DNA of 64,000 nucleotides, from the NCBI GenBank assembly GCA_964016885.1, contig OZ024741.1:142972001-143036000 (forward strand), written 5' to 3'. The notes under the pieces were generated by a model. The model worked only from the letters and a program-made list of their open reading frames with translations, did no database searches and was not told where the DNA came from. Source of the stretch: Eledone cirrhosa (lineage: Eukaryota). The position numbers and the translations under genes are program-made. The first letter of the stretch is position 1. Each line of letters opens with the position of its first letter. Below are positions 48,141 through 62,300 of this stretch, in pieces.

Positions 48141-50069
48141 CAACAAAGTAGTGTCGATTTAGCAACTCATGTTTCTAGAAACTGCAGCTAAAATCCTCTC
48201 AAATCATATCTCCCTTCACAAGAAAATGAAAAGCGCATTGGATAATGAAATCCTAGATACACAACTTCTGAATAAAAGACAAGATGGTCACCACAGAAAC
48301 ACCTTTGACCATAGGCTGGCTCTATCAGAGCTGACTTGGGATTAACAAACAGCAAAACAAAGACCAATAGCAGCATCTAACCTCACAAAACACAGGAGTA
48401 AAACAATGCATAATCTTTAACCTTGTTGATAATCAATACAGCCCATGGTATCACTAACAGTCAATTCTAACTTTAGAAACATGTACAGTCTAACAGTTAG
48501 GGTGTCAGACTTATGATCATAATGTCGTGAATTCAATTCTTGGATATGGTGCCACGTTGTGTCCTTGAGCAAAATATATTATTTCAGGTTGCTCCAGTAC
48601 ACTCACCTGAATATGAACCAGCAATAACTGAGGAGTTAACCCTGTGATAGACCAGGATCCTGTCTAGAAGGGTGTCTTGTACTTTCAGTTGCTTAACGCT
48701 AAGGAACCAAGACAAGCACCAGTCTGATAAGCCTCCAGGCTTGAGACAAACTTTAACTTTTAATAAAATCTTCCTTTTTCTCTGAAGCTAGAGTTACTCC
48801 AGTCTCTCTTTTTTTTTAATCATGAGTATATAGAAAATAAGGCAATGTACAAGATAGAGTGCTTTGCAATATTTATTCTCCCTCTTTAGATTTTGAGTTC
48901 AAATCCTGCTGAGATCAACTTTGCCTAAATTTTAAATCAATATTCTTTTTTTTTCTGCCTTTCTGGTACAGTCAAATTTGCTGTTCATTCTTTTGGGAAT
49001 CAATAAGATATCAGTCATGTTTTGGGGCAAAAATCTTTCTTCTCTTTTAAAATTGACTTCACTGATTTGAGAGCAGGTAATGTGACCACTCACTATATCA
49101 GTGACATTAGAAAACTGACTACATGACCCCATGAGAAACAACCCACTGATACTATGATGTTAGAAAATTGACTACACTGCACCCTGAGGTCATGAGAAAC
49201 CACTCACAGTATTTGTAATATTAGAAAATATAAGACTCTACAGACCTAATTAAAAATCTCCAGAAACCACCTACACCCCAAGAGTTGGTGATAGCAGCTG
49301 ATGATATGGAAACAGGTAGATTTCCTTAAACAAGAGTATCAAACAAAATGTCCTGTGTTACTTAGTTACAATCCTGAGCAGCACTGGGCAAAATAGGCAC
49401 CTTCTTAGGGCCTCAATTAAAGAGAGGGCCCATAGCGTTTTTTTTCCATTACAGAGGTAGTGCTGGTGTGATAACAAAAAGCACCCAATCAGTTGGTTGG
49501 TATAAGGGCATCCAGCTGTAGAAAGCATTCCAAAAGTGGAACCAATGGGTAAGATTGTAGTCACCTGATCTGTCTGGCTTTAGAACGTAACAACCATCTA
49601 ACCCATACAAGCACAGAAAATAGATGTTAAACAGTGATAATGATGATAAAGTATACGGGAGTACTATAATCATTTCAGTGCTTAGGGTCTCTTAAGGTTT
49701 TAATCCAGCCCCATTTCTGAGTTCAAATCATGCAAGGGTGAACTCTAACTGACTTCATTCAGAGGACTGACAATTAGCTGAATACATGTTCCTAGTCTTT
49801 AAAATATTGTCTAACAATTTCACCTTTTAATCCTAATATTTAACCCTTGCAAGCAGGGAAAAGCGGACGTATGATGATGATGATGATTACCATATTTCTA
49901 ATGAAAAACATGGATTGTGATTTTTAAATAATTTTGAAAATAATGAAGAATTTGTAGAGATTTAGTAATATAGCTAATTTGTTTCATTATTAACTGGTGT
50001 TTGGAACATAACTCAACAAAGGTTCTTACATAGAATTATGGTGGAAGGTTTTTATGTATGTATATATTA

Positions 50070-50410
50070 TCATCATCATCATTTCATTTTACGTCCGCTT
50101 TTTCCCTGCTTGCAAGGGTGGGATGGGAACTGATTCTGGCTTGATTTCTACAGCTGGATGCCCTTCCTAACACCAACCTCATTTACAGTGAGTGCTGGGG
50201 GCTTTTTTGCTGTGGCACCTCCACGACCACTTTGCAGTGGAATGATATGGACCCCAGTCCCTATCATCTCATTTCTACAGCTGAGTAAACTGGAGCAATG
50301 TGAAATAAAGTGTCTTGCTCAAGGAAACAACACATCACCCAGTTTGAGAATTGAACTCACAACCTTTCGATTGCAAGGCCAATGCTCTAACCACTAAGCC
50401 ATGTGCCTCC
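50070..50410 (-). mobile_element. Full-length SINE A
   Basis: Near-identical to 28590-28927; TA runs on both flanks. Confidence 0.92.
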
Positions 50411-50680
50411 ATTATATATATATATATATATATATGATAGATACATAAAAATCTTCCATCATAACTCTATATAAGAATATATATATATAAACACTTTAAA
50501 ACAAACTGTTCTGTATTGTAAAAACAGACAGTTTCAGGGAAACCAGTTCAATCAATCAATTATACCAATGTCAGCTAGCTATCACTGAATCTGCACAATG
50601 AAGAAACTACATGTCTAGACTGCAACACTGTACTACTGTGTACGTATGGATCTGTAATTCTTGGAATTATAGTGACATAC

Positions 50681-50718
50681 AGCGAGTTTAGGGCATTTTT
50701 TAACGAAGTCGATTTCAT
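50681..50718 (-). CDS. Tentative 38-nt exon of the unidentified minus-strand gene
   Basis: ctctcttaccttctgtag|ATGAAATCG...AACTCGCT|gtatgt; reads MKSTSLKNALNS(L), phase 0/2; non-repetitive and CpG-retaining. Confidence 0.6.
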
Positions 50719-51759
50719 CTACAGAAGGTAAGAGAGTGACTGAGAGGAAATATATAAAGGAAGAATCGACCCCAGTATTGGACTGGTACTTTTTTTATCA
50801 ACCTCAAAATGATGAAAGGTGAAATTAACCATATACTACCCACAATCAAATACTCCGTCATGAAATGCGAATTAGTCCTAAACTATACAGAAGAATGGTA
50901 TATAAGGAGTTGTAGATAGTATTTATTCATTTGACTGACTGCTTGTGTCAGACATTGTCTCTAAACTATGGTACTTGTTTACAACTAACAATAATAAGCC
51001 ATTGAAAGGGTAAGTGTGTTAGCTTTGGAACCACTGCATGAATATAAATCACCAATCTCTTGATTTTTATCTGATAAACTGCCCTCTTAAATTTGCAACA
51101 CTAAGTTTAAAAGTCTAAAGTTTGCTTCAAGCCTAGAGGCTCATTAAGCTAATGCTTATCTCCAGTTTCTTTGGTGTTAAGCAACTGAGTGTACAAGACT
51201 TCCCCTGGACATGATACCAGTCCATTGAAGGGTTAAACAAACAGCTACTGCTGGTACTCATTTTCAGCTGACTATACTGGAACATGAAACAAACTGTTTT
51301 ACTCAAGAACCCAACACATCACCTGGTTCAAGAATTGAACCCATGACATTCTGATTGTAAGTCCAACACCCTAACCACTAGGCCATGCACCTTCAACAGT
51401 AAGGAGAATAGGAAGTTGTGGCATTCAACTCTTTCCCTCAACATAGCTGGATTAAGACCTTTAGGAGTCCCAATCACTGAAAAGATTATAGTACCCCCAT
51501 ACACTGTACAAGAAAAATACTCTTCTAATGGACCCCTTGTTACTTGAGGTCCTAGGAGCATGTTTCTTTTTTTAAAGTATTACTCAAGGGCTGTTAGGGC
51601 TAAACAGTAGCAACTACATCCATCACCCTTACAATCCCATCATATTGTGGCTATATAGTCAGTATTTGATTGACAAAATAATTAGCAGTCAAGTACTGGT
51701 GTCAATATAATCAATCAACTACACCCTTACAGCTAATTTATAAAAAAATTTGTCAGTTT

Positions 51760-52232
51760 TATGTCTAGTTTCTGTGCTTGCATGGGTTAGACAGGTTATG
51801 TTTTGAGGCCAAGCAGGTCAGATGACTGCCTCTCACTCATACATTCCATTCTGACACGTTTTTACTGATGGATGCCCTTCTTAAAATCAATAACTTCACA
51901 GCATGTACTGGGTGTTTTACCATGGCACCAGCATTACCACTTTACAGTGTAGGCTAAGTGCATTTTATTGGGTCACCAGCACTACCACACTACAGAGTGA
52001 GCTGAGTGCATTTTATTGTGACACTAGCACTACCACATAACAATGTAGGCTGAATGCATTTTATTGTGACACCAGCATTACCACACTACAGAGTGTGGCT
52101 GAGTGCATTTTATTGTGGCATCAGCACTATCACATAACTGTGGGCTGAGTGCATTTTATTGTGACATCAGCACTACCACTTTACAGTGTGGGCTGAGTGC
52201 ATTTTATTGTGGTACCAGCACTATCACTTTAC
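51760..52232 (-). repeat. Non-autonomous RTE-tailed element carrying a 48-bp tandem array (~7 units)
   Basis: gtgcattttattg...caccagcactaccac..tacag.gtg.gctga repeats every 48 bp, contiguous with ggatgcccttc and an RTE-type tail (gcttgcatgggttagac). Confidence 0.85.
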
Positions 52233-52455
52233 TAAAGCTGATAGAATGTGCCAGACAGCTTAATACAGATCTGTGGTGGTAAACACCAATATACTTAATC
52301 TAAAAGACAGAACATCTCTCAGGAAAAGGTGACATACACAGATCTGTGGTGATAAACACCAGCACAGTTAACAGGGTCACCATTGTTATTTGTTTTTGAC
52401 AATATTTAGTGACCCTGGAATAACAGCCTCTGCTGAAATGTACTTTGTCACTTAC

Positions 52456-52513
52456 CGTTATACAATGGTCCATGATTGCTTTCTGAGTTTGTATTTGGAA
52501 TAGTGGAGATAAT
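52456..52513 (-). CDS. Tentative exon of the minus-strand gene
   Basis: Strong ACG|gtaagt donor; reads (G)LSPLFQIQTQKAIMDHCIT, phase 2/0. The acceptor is weak (attgag); an alternative ctcag acceptor would give 52456-52482. Confidence 0.45.
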
Positions 52514-53973
52514 CTCAATCAGATATATGATATACTCAAGAGTTTAGTTAACACTTTTGATACCAAACTGCCTGAAACCGTTCCTGGTTCTAGAAAACAA
52601 CCTGTTTATTTTAATATGATTATATTTATCTAAACAACTTCCATGATTATTAGATGACTTCACAATCACAGCAAATGACTGGCCATTTCTTTCTAAATGA
52701 CCTAAAGTTATTTCTTGCTGTTGTTTACCCTCAGGTCTGACTTGATCAAAACCATTGCAGTCATGATTATCTTGTCTTTTAATCAGACACAGTGTATCTA
52801 GGGCTACCTTTGTTTTATGTATCCTGCCTTTTTCAGGTAAGCTGGGTAACCATGTAGAAGCTCCAATCAGTGGCTCGTCATAAAATAATTGTTTTATTAT
52901 GTGCAAGACCAATTTTGCAACAGGAAGGAGAATAAGTATTTTGAACTGAAATACTGAATAACTGGTATCAATTTATGACGTAGTCAGATGGGAAGTATCT
53001 TTGGAAGATTTCAAAGACAGGGACAGAGGATTTAACCAGAGGCCTGGTTAGAATATTTGCAACAAAATAGGGGACACTGGGTAACTGAAGGCTAGAAATT
53101 AAAATGAAATTTACAACTCACACTTAAGCATGTTTATTTGACATCCTATCAGGTTGCATTTAATAGGAGGCTTCATGAGTGTTTTAATAATAGGGGCTCC
53201 AGTCCTATCATGAAAAGCAATATGCTGAAGAATGCAATATGCTACCCGGTCCAAGAATTGAAACATGATCATGAGTACAACACACTAAACCACTAGGTCA
53301 CACACTGCCACACCACCACTCCTCAAGGGTCAGATTGGATTAGTTATACAATCCAAGAACAGATACAATCTCTCTGAAGAACACATACATAATTTCTGCC
53401 TATGGAAGAGTGGACATAATATCGACGATGATGATAATAATTCCACTCAAAAGGCTTGTGCCAACCCAATGCTCATGCCGAAGGTGGGGATTGAACCAGG
53501 AGCCATTTAGAATATGAAACAAAGTACAGTATGACATTTCAGTTTAATATTAAATTGTTTTGGAGAGCCCACCATCTTCAGACGTTAAATGTTAGAAATA
53601 AATGCACTCTGTAAAATGCAGGAACATGCGTATGCAAGATGCAGCCACTGGCCCATGTGAGGGATCAGTAGCTCTAATAAAGTACTGACCTGGTCTGTAA
53701 TGACCCATCAAAACTTTGCTAGCAGGGAAAGCAGACATTAAATGATAATATACATGTTTCGATAAACAAATGAGTTCTTCCCTTTGTGTGTTCGTTTAGG
53801 GAAATGAATGCACAAAATGACAAACTCTGAGTAGTGATATAGTGAATCATCAGCTCTGATCAAATATATATATATACAGAAGTTATATTTAATTTGTTGG
53901 GATTCAACAAGCTTAAAAGTTTTATAACTGATATATATATACGGGTATGTCAACATTTATAAAACATATTTTG

Positions 53974-54038
53974 TATTTTATCTGATGAAAGCGCACCAAA
54001 ATTGCCTTGGTTGCCCTTGAAATATATATAATAAAATA
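53974..54038 (+). ncRNA. Minimal type I hammerhead ribozyme fold (Penelope-type)
   Basis: Stem I TATTTTAT/ATAAAATA (8/8), CTGATGA 53982-88, stem II AAGCGCACCAA/TTGGTTGCCCTT, GAAA 54019-22, U-A pair with palindromic UAUAUA, AUA cleavage triplet ending at 54030. Confidence 0.75.
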
Positions 54039-55923
54039 ATTATGGTTTTATAAATATATTGTATATATATATATAAATAGTAATAATAATAATAGTTTTC
54101 AAAATTAACTGATGCTGTTTTGCCAAGCTGCAACACAAATCAAATTAATTATGATTGTGTGTATATATGTATAATAGTCTAAGTTGGGCATATAAACCAT
54201 GGAAAAGGAGAGAATTTGTACAACACCGCCTGTGGGAGTCAAATCCTGGAAAAATTTGTCGGTGTTAGTTTAGGGTAATGGTTAGCACAGCAATACAGTA
54301 TATTGTAGGTGTGGGTTCAAGTCCCCCAGGTACCACTGTACACATTTTTTCTGTTCTCAGGGCTTATATGCCCAACTTATGAGACTAATTTTTATTGTCA
54401 AACAACGTTGCTTTTAACTTTCAAATTCAAAATTTCCTATCGCTCAATAGTTCTAAAGATACACTGTTTAGATATATATATATATGATGATTATGATGAT
54501 ATAGGACCTAATGATTGCAAAGCAAACTCCTTATCTATTTGGACATACTGTGTCCTCATATATGCATCATCATCATCATCATAATCACCATTTTACATCT
54601 ATTTTCCATGTACATAAGCATTAGATAGACTGTCATGTTACAAGGCTAAATAACAAAGATCACCATGTTTTTCTACTGCGCTCTGTTTTCAGTTTGCTTT
54701 TCTACAGCTAGATGCCCTTTCCTAATGTTAACCATTTTACAACATGTACTGGGAGGTTTTTTTTTTCGAGGCACCAAGACAACCATGTTACAGGGGGAAC
54801 TGGGTGCTTTCTATACATGTATACACACACACCCACCCACCCAAATGTCACCAGAAAAGTAGCAATATGGAGGTCTCTATACTAAACATGCCCAAGAAAT
54901 TTATGTGATGCAACCTCATAGAAGGCCACTTAAACATACACTGAGGTGGGTTTACAACAACAAATACAACCACCAGCCTGAAATTATTTAAATGTCTGAG
55001 ATAACTTTTAAAACTATTAACCTCATTTTATTAGTAGATTGAGGGAATCATTGCAGTTAACAAATTGCCTACAATATTTAGTTTCATACCATTACCTTTT
55101 GAATGCAAATCTTGCTACGGTCAATTTTGCTTTTTATTCCTCCGAGGTTGATAAACGAAATACCGGTCAAGTGCAGGCTCCGGCTAACCGCTAACATGGT
55201 CTGTGACGACCTGTCCAAACCTTGCTAACAGAGAAAATGGATGTTGAATGATAATGACATCAATGAAATAACTGTAACAGAACAGACTATGCTAAAGGCA
55301 CACAAGTCACTAAGTTTTCCATCCCAAAGGAAGTATTTATGGCCATATGGTCATTAGCTCAGCATTTTAACTCTACAACTAGGCATGGCTGTTTGATTCA
55401 AAGGCTTGCTTCAAATCCTCAGAGCATAGCCCCATGAACAAGTGTCTACTATAACCCTGGGTTAACCAATGCCTTATAGGTGTATTTAGTAAACAGAAAC
55501 TGTAAAGAAGCTCACTATCCATTCAAACAACCTCTCTTGTGCCGGTGGTGTGATGAAATTCACCTGGTTCATGGTGTAAAGTGATTGGTTATAGGAAGGG
55601 AACCCAACCAGAAAAACCTTGCTAAAAACTAAGAAAAGCAAAATATAAAATTCACACTAATTGCATGCTAGTGCTGTGCACCACAATAAGTGGAGGGTTG
55701 CTGTTGGAAAAGACCCGTTCAACCCATGCAAGCATGGAAAAATAGATGTGAAATAATGACAATGAGGATAATATATATTATTCATAGAAAATGTAGGAAT
55801 CTCAGATGCAGAAAATAACTGTCAGTTGTTTGCTATAAATAGTAGCTTAGAAAATCAAGTAAAATACCCCAGTTGACAGAAAAAAGTGGTCAGTAGTCGC
55901 TACAAAGATTTGAACTTTATTTC

Positions 55924-56600
55924 CCTGAGGCTTGGCCTCTGGATCTGCCAGCCACACCAATGTCGCTGCGGTTCCACCGTGGACTCTTTTGGCCTCCACC
56001 CGCTTTCATGTCGCCACATTCCACGCCATGCTGCCCTCAACGAGGTCATTAAGCATGGCTTGGACGCTGCAGGCTTCCCTTCCCAGCTCGAGCCGGTGGG
56101 GCTGGATCGAGGGGACGGCAAAAGGCCAGATGGCATGACCATCTTCCCGTTCCGCGGTGGCAAACCCCTCGTCTGGGATGCCACTTGCACCGACACTTTC
56201 TGCAGCCGCGACCTGGTGCAGTCTGCGACTGACTCAGGTTCTGCTGCACGTCGGGCTGAGGGGGCCAAACTCCTCAAATATCGGTCGCTCTCCGACAGGT
56301 TTGCGGTTGTTGCCCTGGCAGTGGAGACTTCTGGTGTTCTCGGCCCCAGGGCTACCTCCTTACTCACCACCATAGGCGCTGAGCTGGCCAGCCGCAGGTG
56401 TGAGCCCTGCGAGTTGGAGCGGCTTTTCCAGCGCATCTCACTTGCCGTCCTCCGGGGAAACGCCTTCTCCATTCTTTCATCTGATTGTACATAACTATAG
56501 CTGTCTTATACCTCTGTATTACAGTAAACATGTATATAGATTGATAGATATATGTATATATATATAAAAATAAAAATATAAATAAAAAAATAAAATACAG
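55924..56600 (+). mobile_element. 5'-truncated CRE-clade-like non-LTR retrotransposon (zinc knuckle + restriction-like endonuclease)
   Basis: Open frame RLGL..CRCG..DSFGLHPLSC..RHAALNE..EP..GDGKRPDG..VWDATC..AE..K..KY..LAVETSG.LG..FQRISLAVLRGNA* (stop 56492-56494); GC-rich; A-rich tail at ~56565-56597. Confidence 0.85.
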
Positions 56601-58649
56601 TATATATGTATGTGGTGTGGTGGTGTCAATCACTGCAAACATCATATTGATACTATTTATAAAGGGAGAGATGACACAGATAATGTCTTACATAAGCAAT
56701 ATATCCTGCAGCATAGTAGTTCAATGAAGGTTTAGCACTATAAACATTATGTCCAATAAGGTATGGGTTGGCATCAGGTCATAGCAAATCTACCACAAAT
56801 GCCTCATCCCAACACACACAAGCATGGAAAAAGCAGATGTAAGTATGATGGTGATGAACCAATGGACTTTAAAATATCTGATCATTACAACCAATTTGAT
56901 TTAAAATATGACCCTTGTTTTAAACATGGTAAAGCATGTAGCATTTACATTACTCTTTACATACTATTGTATTTTTGTGGTAAAGGCTTTATCTTATAAA
57001 ATTATCTCACATAATATCGAATCTATGAGATTTTGATATTTATTTTGAGAACAATACCTTAGCATCAGCATGAGCAGCTGGTTATGACCAGTTTGAACAG
57101 AAAGAAGTGACAGATATGGCCGGTTTAATGTACCTGAACCATGTCTTAAAGACGATAAGGAGTTTGTTGAGTGAGATTAACTGAACACAATTACTACATA
57201 AAAGTGTGCCCTGCTGGCTAATGTAAACAATTCTAATTTTATAGATGAGATTTAGAATTTGAGAGGAATTTAACTGCTGCATTGAACAAGTTTTGACAAT
57301 TTTATAGGCACAATTAGTACTCTTCTTTAAGCTCTGCTGGTGTTCCAGTTGTGACCATTTGTTCAGACATAACATATCTAGGACTACAGTATCAAATGTG
57401 TCTGTGTCCTTTCATCACAGCTAGTTGTTTAACTCTAGATCAGCCATGACTGATAAGATTTATGACGAAAGATTATTTATCTGTGATTAGCTTGTCTTTT
57501 TTTTTTACAGAAATAGTTTATCTAGGACTACATTTTCCAATGTGTACTTCCTAATTATAAGGCAATAGAGTGTGACTTAGCTGCTATTTTTAACAGGTCA
57601 TGTTTTCTTTCAATGGCTTGTCACTAACCTATGTTCAGTGTCATAGAACAAGTGTAATTTCTCAACATTTTGGTTCTAAAATCTTATTTCTTTTCTGGTT
57701 GTAGAACACATTGCTAATGTCCTTGAAAAACCCAAGCATCATAACTTTACATTTTTTCTTTCCTTAAAAAAGTTTTGCTTAAGTGGCAATAAACCCCATA
57801 ATATATTAAGTCACAGGGAGTTTTTGTGGAGCATATAGAAAGTCAGCAAGATGACATATATATGCATTAATATATTCTACAGATGGCTGGATGTAAGCAT
57901 GGCTGAATAGTTAAGAGGCTTGCTTTACAATAATGAAATTCCAATGTTTGGGATAGCCTGAGGTTTATCCATGCCTTGTGAATGAAACTGGATAGACAGA
58001 AATGGTGCGGAAATCTGTCGAATGGACTGTATATGTAATTTTAAGGTCCAGCTGTCACAGTTTCAGTCTGAGAAATATGTTAAGGATACATGACTGTGGA
58101 ATACTCAGCCACTTACCCACTAAAATAAGATGGACTGTAATTATAAAGTCCAGCATTACCACACATTGTCATGCTGAGTCTCTCTGAGAACTACATTAAA
58201 GTTACATGTGTATGTGGAATACTGAGCCACTTACACTTATATAAGATAGATGGTACATGAAATTCAAAGGTCCAGCATGTTACATACTACATCATGTTGT
58301 TCAGCCAGAAAATTAACATAACTCTTTAGCATCTGGCCAGAATTCTCTCACTTCTTTCTGTTCAAACTGGCTGTAACTAGCCACCAATAATGGTGTTAAG
58401 GTATTGTTCTCAAAATAAATATCAAATCTCATAGATTCGATATTATGTGAGATAAAGCCTTTACCACAAAAATACACTAGTATATATAGAATAATGTAAA
58501 TGCTAAAGGAATAATGATATATGTGTTTGTGGAATACTCAGCCACTTACACTATAATACAAGATGGGATGTTGCTTTAATTCAAAGGTCCAGTTATATCA
58601 CATCATGTGTCCAATGTTACACAGTATGACCTATTGGTGTAATGTAATC

Positions 58650-59310
58650 ATCATCACTATCACCATTGACTGTCTGTTTTCCATGCTTGTACAAGTTAGA
58701 GGGATTTTCACATTGTGCTTGTACACTTCATTTTTATGGTTGGATGACCTTCTTAATGCTAACCATTTTACAGTGTGTACCAGAAGCATATTATTGCAGC
58801 ACCAACACAACCACTTTACAGGGTGGACTAGGTGCTGTTTAATCATGGTATCAGCAGGGCAGATTAGGTGTGTTTTTATCATAGCACCAGCAGTACCACA
58901 TTACAGAGTGAACTGAGTGTATTATCAGGGCACCAACACTACCATCCTACAGTGGATTTTAAAGTAGCACCAGCACTACTCCTTTACAGGGTGGACTGAG
59001 TAGGTTTTAATAGTAGCACTATTACACCACCTTATAGGGTGGTTTTTTTTATAATAGCACCAGCTAACTGGATGTTATTTTTTATCATGGCAATAGCATC
59101 TGACAGGGTGAACTGGGTGTTTAATTAAGTGGTAGATTTGCTATGACCTGATACCAACCCATACCCTTACTGGGTGTTTAATTGGCACCAGCGCTACCAC
59201 CTTACATGATGGATTTATATAGTAGCCCTAGTACTACCACTTAACTGGATATTATTTTTTATCATGGCACTATCACCTTACAGGGTGTACTGGGTGTTCT
59301 TTTTATCTTG
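58650..59310 (-). repeat. Older RTE-tailed element with a degenerate array of the same module
   Basis: Repeated gcaccagcactaccac.ttacagggtggactgggtg units after an RTE tail. Shorter versions at ~43005-43250, ~44590-44850 and ~62475-62760. Confidence 0.75.
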
Positions 59311-62300
59311 GAACCAATATACAGTATAAACTTATGTTCATAGTTAGTAAATGAGCTTTTTTAACTCTAAAAACAGCCCTTAAAAAGAGTGGTCAAAATA
59401 CCAAATTAGTAATAAGAAAGTTAGTTATATTACTAAAGACCTCTAAATTCTTGATCATTTTCCAAAATTATTTGAAAATCACAGGCAGTATTTTTCATTA
59501 GAAATATGGTCATATTTCCAACAAAATTTTCCGGCCATTTTATAAGTTAATCATCATCATCATTTTACGTCAGCTTTTCCCTGCTTGCAAGGGTGGGACA
59601 AAAATAACATTTAGCAGAGCGTAGTTCTACTAAATGTTATTTTACAATAAATCATGAATTTGGAGGAATGCAGTTGGGATGTTGGGTTCATGATCATAGG
59701 ACTATGGGTTCGATTCCTGGACCAGGCGTGCGTTTTGTCCCTGAGCATGACATTATATTTTACGTTGCTTCAGCCTGTTCAGTTGATACAAATGAGTACC
59801 AGTAATAGCCGGAGAGGGTTTGACTGTGTGATAAACCAGTCTCTTAACAACCATGAAACAAGGACAAGCTCTGGCTTGATGAGATTCTTGGCTTTGGACA
59901 GATTTTACCTTTTTCAAATTTATTAAAACAACTAACTTCTCCATTATTAAACTGTTGTTTAGAACATAGATAGATCCTAATTTAGACATAAAGACAGAAA
60001 TTTGAGGAGATGGGTAAATTACTAAATCAACTTCAGTACTTAACTGGTACTTTATTTTATTGACTCTGGAAGATAAAAGGCGAAGTTGACCTAGGCTGGA
60101 TTTGAACTCAGAAGAGCTGGAACAAATACTGCATATTATTTTGTCTGACATGTTAATGATTCTGCTAATATACTATTCTCATTAAGAATGATAATAATTT
60201 ATTTTTAAATAAGTTTACTGTCAAATTTATTTAAAAAAAGATACATATAAAGCTGTGTTGTTTGGTTTATTTGCTTTTTTTTCTTATTGACAAGGAAGAG
60301 AATTGGCAAAGCCGTTAGAATGTCGGATAGAATGCTTTGCAGTATTTGTTCTGGCTGTGTGTGCTCCGAGTTGAAATCCCGGCGAGATCAGCTTTGCCTT
60401 TCATCTTCTCAAGGCCTTCCTTGAAGTCATCACCATCATCGTTTAACACCCACTTTCCATGCTTGCATGGGTTGTCACATTATGAGACAATTCAGACCAG
60501 GAGACCATGTCTTACCCATATGGATCTGTTTTTGGTTTGGCTTTGTTTTTATGGTTGGATGCCCTTCCTAACACTAATTTATCTTTATCACTTATCCTTC
60601 TGGCATAATTTTATGTAAGAACCTTTATAAATCTATGCTACAGACATCAGGTAAATCCCTCCAAATTCTTGATTATTTTAAAAATGATTTGAACATTATA
60701 GGCAGTGTTTTCCACAAGAAATACGGAAACGGGAGGGTTAATCCATATATATAACAATGACTACAACACAACTTATAATCTACTTCTACACATACCTTAA
60801 TACATATCCATTTACTGGTTTCAGTCATTGAATTGTGGTAATGCTAGGGCACCGTCATCAAAGCTTTTAGTCAATAATACAACCCCATTACTTATTTTCT
60901 AAGTTATGGAACATAAACAGGTACACATACACACAATAAGCTTCTACACAGCTTCCATCTACCAAATTCCACTCACAAGGTATTGGTCATTCTGTGGCTA
61001 GCTGTGTAAGGGGATGAAACCCAGAACCATGTGATTGTCAAGAGAACTTTTTAACCACACAGCCAAGCCATGGCTTTGCCTATATTATAATGATTCTTAC
61101 ATAGGTATAAGGCCTCAAATGTTGAGAAAGAATATCAACCCTAATAATTAACTAGTACTTTATTTTATTAATATCCGGAAAAATGACAAATTGAAACACA
61201 GTAAAATCTGCAATCAAAATATAAAGGGCCAAAATAAATACAGCTAAGCATTTTCTTTGACATACTAATGATTCTCCCAATCCACCCAGAGCCAATAATG
61301 ATACCTCATAAACTCTCTACTCATATTATAAGACAAGTCATGTCAGGTGACAAAGTCTTATTCAAATGGGAACTGTTTCTGGCTTGGTTTCATTGTAATA
61401 CCAGCACCACTAGGCCTCTATAAACTCTCTACCAATAGTGTCCTTACAACCAAACTTAATACTTACAGTAATGTATCACATGTCCTCTAAAAACTCTCAA
61501 CCAATTGTGTCCTTACTACTTAATACTTACACAATCATTGTACCACATACCCCCTGTAAACTCTCTACTAACTGTGTTCTTACAACCAAACTTAATTGCC
61601 ATGACACTTCTTTACTTTCTGTGATCGGATGAATATGGCTCTTCACAAGAACAAGTCCCATGAAACGGACTGGCTGTGTCAGTGCATCTCCCTCACCATT
61701 CTATCAACCATGCCCATGAAGCAACAATAAACTTTTTTCTAATTGTAATTTGAAAATATAATCACATGATATAAGCAGATAACTATAATAATTGTTTCTA
61801 CTTTTGGTACAAGGCCAGCAATTAACCAGTACTTTACTTTAATGACCCCCTTAAGGATGAAAGGCAGAGTTAACCTCGGCGGGATTTGAACTCAGAATGA
61901 AAAGGGCCGTAACTATGCGTCAGAGCATGTTGTCCAACCCTCTACAGATATTGCCAATCCACCGCCCCTTTAACTATAATAATTGTTTCTACTTTTGGCA
62001 CAAGGCCAGCAATTACCCAGTGTATTACTGGTACTTTATTTTATTGATCCCGTAGGATGAAAGGCAGTCCGTAAAGGGATGTAACTATGCTGAAAAGTAT
62101 GGCGTCCGACCCTCTACCGATACTGCCAACCCTTGTGGATAAATTGTATTTAGAGTAAATTAACAATATAACTGAATACTTGTGTTTATAAATAAAAGAT
62201 CATCCCTATATCTTTATCTTGCACTTATCCTTGCCACCCTTACATATCATTGTACCACATACACCCTATAATATAAACATTTCATTACTATATTTCTGAT

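Noticed and set aside
51890-52232. CRISPR-like periodic array
   Set aside because: Whole units repeat with no unique spacers and no cas genes; a eukaryotic minisatellite.
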